From contig NW_026250411.1 in NCBI RefSeq assembly GCF_024521635.1, positions 248,001 to 312,000 of the forward strand: a DNA stretch of 64,000 nucleotides, written 5' to 3'. A model generated the notes under the pieces. That model saw only the letters and a list, made by a program, of their open reading frames with translations, was not told where the DNA came from and did not search any database. Positions within the stretch are counted from its first letter, which is position 1. Each line of letters opens with the position of its first letter. The translations under genes and the position numbers were made by a program. This document shows positions 1 to 12,700 of this stretch, piece by piece. This DNA is from Tricharina praecox (taxonomy: Eukaryota).

Positions 1-582
1 ATGTAGAGTGACAGGACTGGCACAGCGTGGGAAGGACTGTGTTTCCACGGTTCAGGCGTATAGAGTTCGGTAGGAGAAGACGGATTTCTTTGGCGAACTG
101 CATTAGACGGGACGACGGGTCGCGAGACGTCGTGATGATGATTTTAGGGTCCACGATTCCCGACAGCGCATCGTACTCGTCGTCTACAAAGGCCTCGTCG
201 CCTTCCAGCTGCGATTCGTCGTACTTGAAGTCTTTTCGAAGCTGCGCATCATCGGCAATGTCTTTTTGCAATGGCTAGAAAGTTTGGCACTCAGTGATCA
301 GAGCCTGTCCGTATATCAAGGAGCGGAATTGCGCAACATGGGCATACCTTTCCACTGGCAAGCGCTGCCTTCAATTTCGCTCGCTTTTCTGCAACCTGCG
401 CATTCTGAAGCTCGAGCTGCTTGCGGTAGAGGAAGTCGCGCCTACATAATTAGCACCGTCGACGTTCAGTGCGGGGAGCGCCACATGTTGATACCTTTCG
501 CGTGCATTCCGGCGAATCTATAAGCAGTTGCAGTTAGCATGGCAACCATAATCCGCATCTTCAACTCGATTCGACGTACCAT
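1..582 (-). CDS. IMP4: U3 snoRNP protein IMP4 (Brix family), 5' part; gene continues beyond the window start
   Basis: Exons 582-580 (ATG only), 517-495, 441-348 and 274-<1, with GTACGT/GTATCA/GTATGC donors and TAG acceptors. Translation [21 protein letters not shown]...[27 protein letters not shown]...[48 protein letters not shown] matches the Imp4 N-terminus and the start of the Brix domain. Not in the ORF track. Confidence 0.95.
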
Positions 583-1024
583 TATTGCTGTGTGTGGTGG
601 GGAGAAGTGTTAGTGAATGAGAGGCTCAAGTATTCTGTTTTTTTCTGCTGGGAAATTCCGTATCGATAGATCGTCCGGGTAAACTAATCGCAAGGATGGT
701 GGGGAAAGGGTCTTTAGCAAAGCAGAGCAAGCATCAAGCGAAGAGCAACATTTCAACCTTCACCGAACTCAACTCTACTACCCCACCGCGTTTCACGTTC
801 ACGATTTACAGCCTGTGAATTTAATACATATTCCACAGAATTTTCTAAAAGTATCCCAATCCCGGAACTCTGTCCTCTCCCTTCTCTTGCAACACAATTT
901 CCCTCCCGCCCCACCGCCCCACCTGTGGTTTTGAGGTTGGTTGGACACCTCCGGACCTACGAACTCCACTCCTCCATTCCTCACAACACATCTGCGACAC
1001 ATAGCGTACCTACTCTTTGGGACC
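583..1024. promoter_or_regulatory. Compact bidirectional promoter region shared by IMP4 and UPF1
   Basis: Only 442 bp separate the head-to-head start codons (582 on minus, 1025 on plus). Confidence 0.6.
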
Positions 1025-4000
1025 ATGGACGGCTCCTTTACCCATCTCGGTACTTCCTTCTACATTGCCACCGTGGTAGGTACCTGTATTCTAATTTGGC
1101 GGCAGGTAACCACTTCGACGACAGTGCCTCCACTGTCGAGACATCGTCAGTCTACGATCTCAAAGCAAGGCGCCACGATGACGACGAAGACACGATAGAC
1201 GATACCCTCAGCTTAGTTAGTGTACCTGTCGGTGGCTCCGCGCTCGGCGACCGCAACTACGGCGAAGAGGATGGCTTGATCCCGGTTGACGACACTGAGC
1301 TTCCCGCTCATGCTTGTGCATACTGTGGAATCCACTCGCCGTCTTGCGTGGTCAAGTGCTTGATCTGCAACAAATGGTTCTGCAGCGCTCGTGGCAACAC
1401 CTCTTCCTCCCATATCATCAATCATCTTGTGCGCGCTCGCCACAAGGTAGGCGTGACCTGACACCCCCGCCGACCTATCGTCTAGATGCTGATTCAACTA
1501 TAGGAAGTTTGCCTTCACCATCAGTCCGCTCTCGGAGAGACCACCCTGGAATGCTACAACTGTGGAACCAAGAATGTTTTCATCCTGGGTTTTATTCCGG
1601 CAAAGTCCGACACTGTCGTCGTCCTGCTCTGCCGTCAGCCCTGCGCAGCCGCGCCGTCCAACAAAGATATGAATTGGGATACACACAGGTGGCAACCGTT
1701 GATCGAGGATCGCTCTTTTCTACCGTGGCTCGTTTCGACCCCGTCGGACGCCGAACAGCTTAGGGCTCGTCATCTATCTCCTCAAATGATAGGAAAATTG
1801 GAGGAGTTATGGAAGGATAACTCGAACGCTACCATTGCCGATCTGGAGAAGGGCGCTGGTGTGGACGACGAACCAGCACATGTCATGCTGCGCTACGACG
1901 ACGCGTACCAGTACCAGAATATCTTCGGACCGCTTGTGAAAATCGAAGCGGACTACGATCGCAAGTTGAAAGAGGCTCAGAGCCAGGACAACCTCGTTGT
2001 GCGTTGGGATATTGGGTTGAACAACAAGCACTTGGCTTCCTTTGTTCTCCCCAAGCTTGAGCTCGGCGATGTCAAGCTTGCGGTTGGCGACGAGATGCGT
2101 CTGCGTTATGTCGGAGAGCTCAGAGGACACTGGGAAGGCGTCGGCTACGTTATGAAGATTCCCAACAACCAGAGCGACGAAGTTACTATCGAGCTCAGGA
2201 GGAACGCCAGCGATAAACAAGTCCCCACCGACTGCACCCAGGCTTTCTGCGCAGATTACGTCTGGAAGGCCACCAGTTTCGACAGGATGCAATTGGCCAT
2301 GAAGAGCTTCGCTGTCGATGAGATGAGTGTTAGTGGATACATCTACCATCGCTTGTTGGGTCATGAGGTAGCTGCTGCACCTCTGAAGACTGCGATTCCA
2401 AGGCGCTTCTCGGTTCCCGGTCTGCCGGAGTTGAACGTCAGTCAAGTCAATGCAGTCAAGAGCGTTCTGCAGAAGCCGCTGTCGCTTATCCAAGGACCCC
2501 CTGGAACCGGTAAAACGGTCACCTCTGCAACCATCGTGTTCCATCTTGCTAGGTCCAGTGGTTCTCAGGTGCTTGTATGTGCGCCCTCCAACGTCGCCGT
2601 CGATCAGTTGACGGAAAAGATCCACAGAACCGGCCTCAAGGTTGTACGTTTGACAGCCAAGTCCCGTGAAGATGTCGAATCACAGGTATCGTTCTTGTCG
2701 CTGCACGAGCAAGTCCGCCTGAACGACACGAACGTAGAGCTTGTCAAGCTTGGACAACTGAAGAACGAACTTGGTGAACTTTCGTCTCAAGACGAGAAGA
2801 AGTTCAAACACCTCACCCGTAACGCCGAGCGCGAGATCTTGCACAATGCCGACGTCATCTGCTGTACTTGTGTGGGAGCTGGAGACCCGAGGCTGTCGAA
2901 GCTGAAGTTCCGGACCGTCCTTATTGACGAGAGCACACAAGCAGCGGAGCCGGAATGCATGATCCCCTTGGTGCTTGGTTGCAAGCAAGTTGTCTTAGTT
3001 GGCGATCACCAACAGCTCGGACCCGTCATCATGAACAAGAAAGCCGCCCGTGCCGGTCTTCACCAATCGCTCTTCGAACGTTTGGTCATTCTCGGTTGCC
3101 AGCCAATCCGTTTGAATGTCCAGTATCGTATGCATCCTTGTTTGTCGGAATTCCCGAGCAACATGTTCTACGAAGGCAGTCTTCAGAATGGTGTGACTAC
3201 GCAGGAACGTCTCAGGAGAAACGTTGATTTCCCCTGGCCTGTCGCCGATGCGCCTATGATGTTCTGGAGTAATGTTGGCAACGAAGAGATCAGCGCCAGC
3301 GGTACTTCTTATCTCAACAGGACCGAGGCATCCGCATGCGAGAAGATTATTACGCGTTTCTTCAAGGCCGGTGTCCAGCCTTCTCAAATCGGTATCATCA
3401 CTCCGTATGAGGGACAACGTTCGTACATTGTGTCGTCCATGCAAACCAATGGCTCCCTCCGCAAGGAACTCTACAAAGAGATTGAGGTTGCTTCGGTCGA
3501 TGCATTCCAGGGACGTGAGAAGGATTACATCGTTCTGTCCTGTGTCCGATCCAATGACCATCAGGGAATTGGTTTCTTGAACGATCCCCGCCGTCTTAAC
3601 GTTGCCCTCACTCGTGCCAAGTTCGGGTTGGTCGTCCTGGGTAATCCGAAGGTGCTCAGCAAACATCCTCTGTGGCATTATCTTCTCATGCACTTCAAGG
3701 AGAAGAATTGCTTGGTTGAGGGTGCTCTAAGTAACCTGCAGGTCTCTATGGTCCAGTTTTCTCGGCCTCGCCAGACTTACCGTGGACCCCAGCGTTACCA
3801 GATGGCCTACCAGACCCCAGCAAACGGAACCATCACTGGATCCAGACTTCCCGGTGGCATTGGCCCAGCCACGAACCCGGCCAATCTGCCGACTACGAAG
3901 GCAAGCAACAGGCCAGCCACCGAGTACAATGATTCCGGTTCGGTCATCGGCTATATCCCCGACGACGTGTCCTCCATCCACTCGGCCGCCGTCACCTCTG

Positions 4001-4371
4001 CGTTTCCCCCCATGTTCCGTGGCTTCAATATGGACAGCTGGCCCACTCTCCCCGGTCGCACCGGCACCGACAATGGCGGTGTCATGCTCCCATCCTCCGC
4101 CGCGTCTGTCTCCACCGACTTGACTACCGGCTCCATTACACAGACTGATCTGGGCAAGCACACAAGTCTCTCCCAGAGCGACCGCCTGAAGCGTTACGTC
4201 GAGAGCGGTCGCGACCTGACCGGCGGGTACAAGACCGGCGCCGAAGGCAGCGTTTTCGGCGGCTCGTCAGTCATGGGTGGCGTTGGCCTCGGCCGTCGCG
4301 ACCTCGACGACGATGTCCGTAGCGTCTCGACAGCCTTCGCCAGTCAAGTCGGCATTACAGGCTACGATTGA
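1025..4371 (+). CDS. UPF1: ATP-dependent RNA helicase UPF1/NAM7 (nonsense-mediated decay), ~1077 aa
   Basis: Exons 1025-1049, 1106-1446 and 1504-4371 (introns 56 and 57 nt, GT-AG). CH zinc-binding domain HACAYCGIH...CLICNKWFC...LECYNCG. SF1 helicase motifs [51 protein letters not shown]. Confidence 0.98.
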
Positions 4372-7300
4372 GTTCGCCACTCACCAAGGGAAATGCATTG
4401 ATGGCCCACATCTTGTATTGGCTACTGGATATCGTGTATATCTTAGCCACATGGGCATACCTATTTATGCAACAAAAAATTGGAGGCGAGGGAAGAGGGC
4501 ATGTGTGAGAGAGGGGGGAGACGACGAATCTCCGGATACGATACGATACGACGGCAACGCTGGGAAAACCGAACGATCCCAACCCTTTGGCTAAGTCGCT
4601 TGCCTAACACCTACTATCTACACCATCATCTATATACTGTTCGCGTCACGATGCAGCCGATGCATACACACTCGGGAGAAGGATTTTTTCTGACGGGGGG
4701 CATTTAGGAAGCTGTTAGTGTCTGTGGGGAGTTGGAAGTGCAGGATTGGTAGATGGGGTTACATCTTAGTCGTAGTTAGCTAGTTGGGTATGGGAAAAAG
4801 GGTTCTTGCTGTGTGCTTTGTTTTTTATTTCGTATTTTCTAGGATGGCAATGATGTGGTCCAGGAACTGGCTACGGATATATGCATGCGGATGGTGGAAT
4901 AATTCAAATGCTGTATCGTGCCTCATCGCGATCATAGGTGGTGGTTCGCCGCCACGGGCCATTTGCCAGAACCTCCAATTCCAATTCACGTTCCACATCG
5001 TCTCCTTCGTGATTCCACTTCCACAATATCTTGCCAGGAAAAACCAGTGTATCCCACTGACTTGACCGTCTTGGAAGTCCCTATCTTGCCCTGTTGAGAG
5101 TAGAATGAATGAAGCCACTACGACCATATGAAGTACAAACCCAGGTGCTCCCATGGCTGCAGCGAAGGCGGAGGCGGACGGGACGAGTGGGAAGATGAGG
5201 GGGATACATACAATGGCCAAACGAGGAGTGTTGGATCACTGATGTTAACCGTGCTCCGGAACGGAGCCTGGAAGAAGAGGAAGCTTGGAAGAAGCATGAG
5301 CTTGGAAGAAGCACGGCCCCGAACAGACCGAATAACTACAATAACTACAACAACTACAACAACTACAACTGAGCTGGCTATTCATCTTCGTCGGCGTGCT
5401 GGCTACTTACTACTATTCCTGGGCAGTAGCTATGGGCTCTCGCACACCGCCACACGCCTCGCCTCAACAACTGCCCCCCACCCTGAAAGCCCTCTCCACC
5501 GCCGCCACGTCTCAATCACCAATTCTCACCTCCCCTCCTCCCACCCCCCCCCCCCCCCCCCCGCCGCCGCCTCGCCTTGTGCGCGGTTTCACATCCACCC
5601 CCACTGCAGCCACCACGACCCTCCAGGGGACAAGGCTGTTCTAGAACTCGCTTCCCTCTCTCACCGGTATCCTCGCAAAGGTGTTGAGTGTTGAGAGCTT
5701 TGTATGTACGCCTTATACGCCTCGCTGCTCGCCCCGCAACAGCACAGCCTCGCGGGCATCCGGCAGTCCAGCAGCCCGACAGTTCGACAGCCCGACAGCC
5801 CGGAAGCCCGGCTGTCCAATGCTGCGCAGGTGTGCGGAGAGATAACTACCGGTCTACAGCAGGTCCGCCACCAAACTCAGGTGAAGCCCAAGGCTCTGGC
5901 GAGGACTCGGGATCGGGCTCAGGATCGGAATCAGGCTCAGAGGGGAGGGATGGAGGGATGGAGGGATGGAGGGAGGGGGATCGCCTCTGTGTTCGTTTCG
6001 CTTGTTGCACCCACCATCTAGCCCTCCCTCGCCCGGTCACTGGTGGCATCGTGTTGCTGCTGTAGGTACGAGGTAGGCAGACCGACGAGATCGCTTCGGA
6101 GCCTTCGGAGGATGCAGTTACTCGGCCTCGCCCCTCCTGGACAGCCCCCGGCCTGCCGGCTCTGTGGTGAGATGCGCTGTGCCGAGTCCGGCCCCGCCTC
6201 CTAGTCTCCTGGTCTCCTGCGTCGACACCATAGCCATCTATGATCTACCTACCCACCTAGCCATGTTGAGGAGACACACGGCGCAGTGCTCATCGACATG
6301 TAGCTCGATCGACAGTGCCGTAGGTATGCCTTATCTCAATAAAGTGATACTGCATTGTACTGTACTCGTCTCCCCCCCAAACTGGCTCCGTCTCGAGTCT
6401 CGAGTTGAGACTGCGGGTGCCGATATGGAGGTAAGGCTGGACTGGCCAGTCAAACTGCCCTATTAGTAGCGAGAACACTGAGGTAGATAGTAGGAGTGTG
6501 GTTTTGAATTCCGTTTCACACGTATCTAGGTTTTTCTTATCAGCTATTCTAACTTCTCAGTGCCCACCAAGACATCTGCCCAGTGCTCAATGCCCAGTGC
6601 TCAGTGCTCATATGCAGGTTATGTTGATCGGATTTTTATTCCTGCCTATTCCTATTCCTACCTATTCCTACTCCTTCCATTCCTTCCCTTCCCCTTTCAC
6701 CCCACAAACACAAACACAAATAGCATACTCTACCCTCCTGGCATGATGCAACATCACGCCCATAACCGCACTCCCCTCCCTCCCCCCCTTTCCCGCCCCT
6801 CAGATCCCACCCCTCATATCCTGTGATATCCACCCCCATCAAATCCATCAAATCCATAATATCATAAACCCCATCAATCAGAGCCGCCGTTAAAAAAATA
6901 ACCGGCAAATAAATGCTGTCTAAGGCTCACCCCAGCCCCATTAAAAACAAAGACCCACCCACCGGGAAACCCCCCATCCGATCAAACTTTTGCTCATGTG
7001 AGCATAAAAAATCAAGGAAAAACGAAGAACGAAAAGAAAATGCGAAGTAAAAGGAGAAATGGGAAAAATAAAAGGCTATAAAAACCCCCCGGGACAAGAA
7101 ACAGACAGAAACAGACACAAAAAACAGACCCCATAAAAAAAGCCAACACACGCACGCCTGCACACATTAACTCCAGAATGCAAGTGATGATAAAAAATCA
7201 AGCAAGAAAAGGGACCCGGAAAAAATCGCGCCGTATAAAATAAAACAACCCCAAGGCTCCAGAAGCAAGAAGCAAGAAGTAAGAAGCAAGCAAGGAAGGA

Positions 7301-7498
7301 AGGGTATCCAAACAAAAAAAGGGATGTAATAGTAGTAGGAATCCAGCTGTACAAGAAGAAAGAAAAGCAAGTAAAAACTGACACGTATATTCCATAAAAT
7401 GTCGTCGGTCGTAGCGTAGCATAGAGTGGTGTCGTATCCGTGTGCATATGTCCATAGTAATCATGATTAAGTGTTGGTGTTTGGCGCGTCCGCCATCA

Positions 7499-9794
7499 TC
7501 ACGCCCTCGTCAGTCTGCTCAGACTCAATGTCCTTCCCTGGGCGGGTGCAAAGCTGGACAATGCGTCTCCAAACGCATCATCACCGCGCGGGCCATCGAG
7601 GGGGTTCCCCCTCTCCTCGGTAGGCGTCCGCCAGGACTCGTGCTGGCCATAGTAGTTAGGGGCCTCGTCGTCGTCGTCCTCCTCCTCATCCTCGTCGCAA
7701 TCCGAGCTGGCGTCGTGGCTGTCAAAGCTGGTGAACATGTTCATGCTCTGTCTGCTCTGCCTCACAGCGCTCCTGGAAGACGGCGGCGTGATGTCGGGAG
7801 TCGGCACCTCGCTGCTGGTCTTCCGATGCAGATGCGAGCTGAAGCGAGAATCCAGCATCGTTGGGCTACGGCTTGTGGACTCCGAGATGAGTTGGCGGTG
7901 GAGGACGGCGGCCATCTGCTCCTGCAGGGTTGCAACCTGCTGCTCCAAGCGTTTCCGTGCCTTTTGCTCCCGCTTGACCATTGCCACGACCCCGTTGTAC
8001 TCCGTCGTGCTAACCGAGTGCGGAGACTCGCTGATGCTTCGCATGCTGGCACGGCGGGGTGCACGGATCGTGGATAGCGTGTTACGTTTGTTCTCGCCGT
8101 CGGGCATGAAGCCTTCCAGTGCCGAGAGCGTACGGTCGCGAGCACCGAGCGAACCCCTGTGGCTCATATGTTCGTAGCGGTGGATCGACTCATCCGGAGC
8201 TACAGCAGTGTCCGAGTCCGGTCTTGAGAACGAATGCGAAGGCGAGGAGTGAAGCACACTCCCGTCGAATGGCATCGACCCCGTACGGGGCGGCCAGTTC
8301 GCATCGGCGATGATGGTGCGGAGATCCGACACCTGCGATTCCAGCTCGTTGACCCGAACCTCGAGAGCTGCAGCCTCAGTGATCCTCATGTTTCCGTACC
8401 CGTTCGATATACCCCCGAAGCTCAAGGGCCTGATACGGTCCGGATCCTGGCTGCCCTGGCGAATTCTCGGCGTGATCCCGAGGCTGATGCCAACACTATC
8501 GTTTGCCGGAGTCGGTTTCCGTTCTGCAGCCCCCTCACCTTGTTTCCGCAGCCCATCGCTCCAGTGCCTCTGCAGGCTCGCAGGCCGGGGGAAGAGGCCA
8601 CCGGCCGTCGGGCTGGATGCTCCGCCTCCCACGAAAGCGGCACTCTCACGGGTGAAGATGCTGTCGTCGCCTGGTTCGTCGGCAGCCAAGTTCTCGCCCG
8701 GCAGCGTTGACTGGCTGCTTCTGGGTCGCGAGTGAACCCCATTCAAGTTATCGCCAGGAACATCTTTGCTAGGGACGATGCTGATGCTTGCAAGCGTGGC
8801 TCGCCTCGGTTGGTCTTCGCGTCTGGGCTTGGTGAGGATGGCACGGCTGCTGCTTCGTGCCGGAAGCATGAACTTAAAGCCATGAGACTTGGTAGTGCTG
8901 CCCCTTCGTCCGGCAGGTTGGGGGACAAGACGACCCGGTTCAAAGTCGGGTTCATGAAGCGAGTCCTGAAGCGAGCGAACGAGCAACCGTCAACATTCCA
9001 TGATCCGGAAAACAAGAGGGAAGCGACGACAGTGACGCCTAGAAGTTTGCACCCACAGCATTATTAAACGTGTTCCAACCTTCAGCCGTCTCGTCGACGG
9101 GCTCGACATAGGCCTTGCGTAGGTTCTGATTGCTCTTGCGTCGCAGCAGACTCAAAGCCATCCGCAGCTTGGCAGCCGTCTTCTTACCCCCAGCCGAGGA
9201 TGAACTCTGCTTGTCGGTGTTGGACTTTGGGCGTTCGAGCTCGCTCAGGCCCGACCGCGAGCCCGGCGCAACGATGAGAGCACCTGCATTCATATCTCTG
9301 AATTCCGATGTAGTTCCGTTCGGTGTTGGGGACCTCAATGTGTCTCTACGCGGTCTCCCGAACCCCTCAAAGGTGTTGGTCGAGTGGTGGTGGTGATGGA
9401 GGTGGTGTTGGTGGTATTGCGAGCTACGGTACGACTGACTGTCAAGGACGGACTCGGCACCGGATCTGGCGGGTGATGTTGGCAGTAGAGCAATCTGATT
9501 GTTTTCGTGGGATTGTTTGTCGTACTCTTCTTCAGCTATCAGGGGAACCGAGTAGTTGTAGACGGAAGCTTGGGTTGCTACAGCTGCTACCGCTGATGGT
9601 GAAGGGCCGATTAAGTCGCGACGAGGCGGAGTAGCCCTGCTCGTGTATTTGAAGAAGTTGAAAGTAGTTCTGAACGACAAGAAGCCACGATGCTGCTGCC
9701 CCGCAGGTGTTGCTGTGGTTGCTGCTGCTGCTGCTGCTGCTGCTGTCGGTGTAGGGGCAGCTGGACGTGGATGTGGTGCTGTAGTTGTCGGCAT
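7499..9794 (-). CDS. Hypothetical Ser/Arg/Pro-rich, largely disordered protein with two coiled-coil segments, ~734 aa
   Basis: Two long ORFs joined in phase 0 by intron 9056-8966 (GTGGGT...GTTGAC...CAG); exons 9794-9057 and 8965-7499. Heptad segments LEVRVNELESQVSDLRTII and VKREQKARKRLEQQVATLQEQM; poly-Ala and poly-His tracts. No domain recognised. Confidence 0.75.
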
Positions 9795-12700
9795 GATTCC
9801 CAGCCGCTGGTTGGAGGCGCCTCGTTCTTGGCTTAACTCTGGGGGGTGTGAGGGGGGGGGGGGGGGGGGCGGTCTCCCGCTTTGACCGTTCTAAATGAGA
9901 AAATAAATCCCTAAAAGCGAGAACACAAAAAAAGAGAGAGAAAGAGAGATAGATAGAGTAACAGGAACAGATGAAAGAGGGATAGATTGAAGTGAGTGAT
10001 AGAGAGTGATAGAGAGTGAGTGCGAGAAAAAGCGGCGTGTAGAGTATACGGGAAAGAAGAAGAAAAAAATATCCAAGTATGTAGCCACTAGAGGTAGCAG
10101 CAGCGTCGTAGGAGAAGAAGAGATAACTATCTCGCGGAAAGAAATTCCAGTCGGGAAAAGAGAACTAAAGGCCACAAAGTCCCGTTCCCCCCGCGCGCCG
10201 CGCCGCCTCCTGCTGCTGATTTTCTGCTTTTCGTTTCGTCTTCCCTATCAGCCAGCCAGCCAGCAACTGCTGCGCGGTGCTCGACCGGGCCTCCTCTTCT
10301 GATCTCCTCAGAGCGTATTCGAAGATCTCCCGCAGACACACACACACCCACTCACACACAACAGCAGCAACAACAGCAACGGCGCTTCGTTGCCTTCGAA
10401 ACAGAGGCCTTTCGGGGCCCTCGTCCGCTGCGAGTGTGTCGTTGTCTTTGTCTTCGATTGGACGGGTTGTTGGTTGTTGCATGCGGCATGCAGGTCGTGG
10501 CTGGACGGGTTTTGCTGATGGCAATCCTGGACCAAGCACTCTATATGTGTAGATGTATGGATGTGTGTATAGGTAAGACGCGGCGGCGGGGCGGTACCGT
10601 CGAACAGACACACACACCGTCTGTAGTCGACTAGTTACCACACACACACAATCTCTCTGTCTCTCTCAATCCTCCACGCAAACAACGACAAACGGCCGGC
10701 AAGGAGAGACAGTGGAGTGGTGGAGAAAGCGAGTATGAACAGGTGGGGCCGCCGAATGCAAGAAGAAGGGCAGGAAAGAGAAGCCGGATGCAAAGAAGAA
10801 AAGAAGGAGACAGAGAAGAAAGAAGACAGGGAAGAGATGGCAAGCCCTTTGATCCTTCCCGGAATATGATAGTATGAATTGTCCGAAGTCGATTGGTCGA
10901 TGTCGGGCTGGCTAAAGGAAGGCCTGGCCGCCGCGGAGGATGGTCTGGATGGTCTGGATGGTTTGGATTGAGGGGTGGAAAGCCGCACGAGGTTTTCCGA
11001 GTGAGACCGGACGGAGGAGGAAGGAAGTGGTGCTGGAATGCTGCCTTGTTCCACCACCATGAAGTATGAAGTATGTACCTACCTACTCCGTATGTAGTGG
11101 TAGATATGTAACCCAACGAAGGGCAGTTTACGGATCGGAATGCCTGGAAGAAAGAAGGCATACAGAGATCCGTTGTGGTCGGATGCGACTCTAGGGAGAA
11201 TACCGGGAGTCTGGGGGCTTCAACGGGCTAGAGATGTCGATGGATACAGAGCTTTGGCTGGATGAAGCATGAGAGGGCTTGTATGGAGAGTACATTGGGT
11301 ATGTACATAAGTTATGTACCTACTCCATGCTTCACTCGGTCAGCGCCCAGATAGGTACATACACAGGTACCTCATAGGCTCATACCCATGGAGAAGATAA
11401 CCAAGTACTTCCAGGCAGACGAAGTCCGTGCTATACATACCGACCTATATACCCACTTACATACACACATATATCCTCACGATTTTCCATCCATCCATCC
11501 ACAAGCGAGAAACCGAACGGCAACCTCCTCTCCCGCAGGCCGCAGGCCGCAAAACCGCACGGCCTGCGGCCACAGTACCGCACCGGCACGCTAGTTCGTC
11601 TCGCTATTTGCAGGCGGAAAGAAGTCCATGACTCCATGATCCATAGGTAATACATATAGTACCTACGGTAGTAGGTACGGTACTCCAGACTCCATGCCTC
11701 ACGTCACACATCCAAAACCCGCCGTTTTTTGCAGGGCATTGCTTCAAAGATACACAGGACATATGCCTGTGCGGATGCGTGGAGTGGAGTGGAGTGGAGT
11801 GGGGTGGGGCGTGTAGGCGTTCGATATAGAGTAGATAGGCGCGGGGGGGACCCACGGGCATGAAGAAAAGATCGGAGACCGAGCGAATGCGCGGCATCTC
11901 GATCGTTTTCTAAATTCCAACTCACTTTACGACATTGGTTTTGACACAGATCGGTATCATTGGGGGTTTCCTACTAGTAGCCATTCACGATTCGGCCGCT
12001 CGCTCGCTCTGGACGGAAGCAGTCCGCCGGCAGAAAGGTAGGCAGGCAGGTAGGCAGGCACGCGGGCAAAAAGACGGGCGGGCAGGCAGAAGGGCAAAAG
12101 GGCAGAGAGACAGACATATGGATAGGCAGAGATGTTGCTAACTGAGGAAGTATTTACTTTATGATAGTAGATCTAATAGAGTGGAGTGGAGTGGAGTGGA
12201 GTGTCGAGTTTGTATGTCTGTACGGTATGTATCAGTTGTGTGTATGATGTGTGTGTCTGTGTCGGGGCGGAGTGGGGGCGGGCGGGATCAATTAGGGGTT
12301 TACTTGCAGGCAGCTTTGCTCTCTCGATCCCATCCATCCACAGACCATGCCTGTCTCACATGTCTCCTACCGTCCTAACCACTATATGTACTAGCATTAC
12401 CCCCCCGCCTCTTCCCACGCGGGTTTTGGAGCTTGACAACACACACATACTCTACACACATACAGCTCCGATGGATGGTTTTATTGGCGTTGCATGGCAC
12501 GTACATATCCATACATATCCATACAGATCATACAGCACCACACAGCACCCACCACACAGCACCCACCACTCAGGAGGGAGGGAGGCAGAACTCAATTTGT
12601 GCGGATACGCCGTATGTACTCCCCCCCGAGCTCTAGAGTGAGTGAGTGCCTAGCGCTTTCAGGATGTTCTCCTACGACACGAATCGCTGAGAGGGAGATG

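Noticed and set aside
1807..4163. Several long minus-strand ORFs (272, 232, 144 aa) inside UPF1; similar antisense or alternative-frame ORFs over URB2, the F-box gene and the copper-fist gene
   Set aside because: Shadow ORFs caused by codon bias of the real genes; no recognisable protein features.
4825..5220. 131-aa minus-strand ORF and a GTATGT...CAG pair suggesting a transcript convergent on the UPF1 3' end
   Set aside because: TTG start, no canonical branch point, no recognisable domain.
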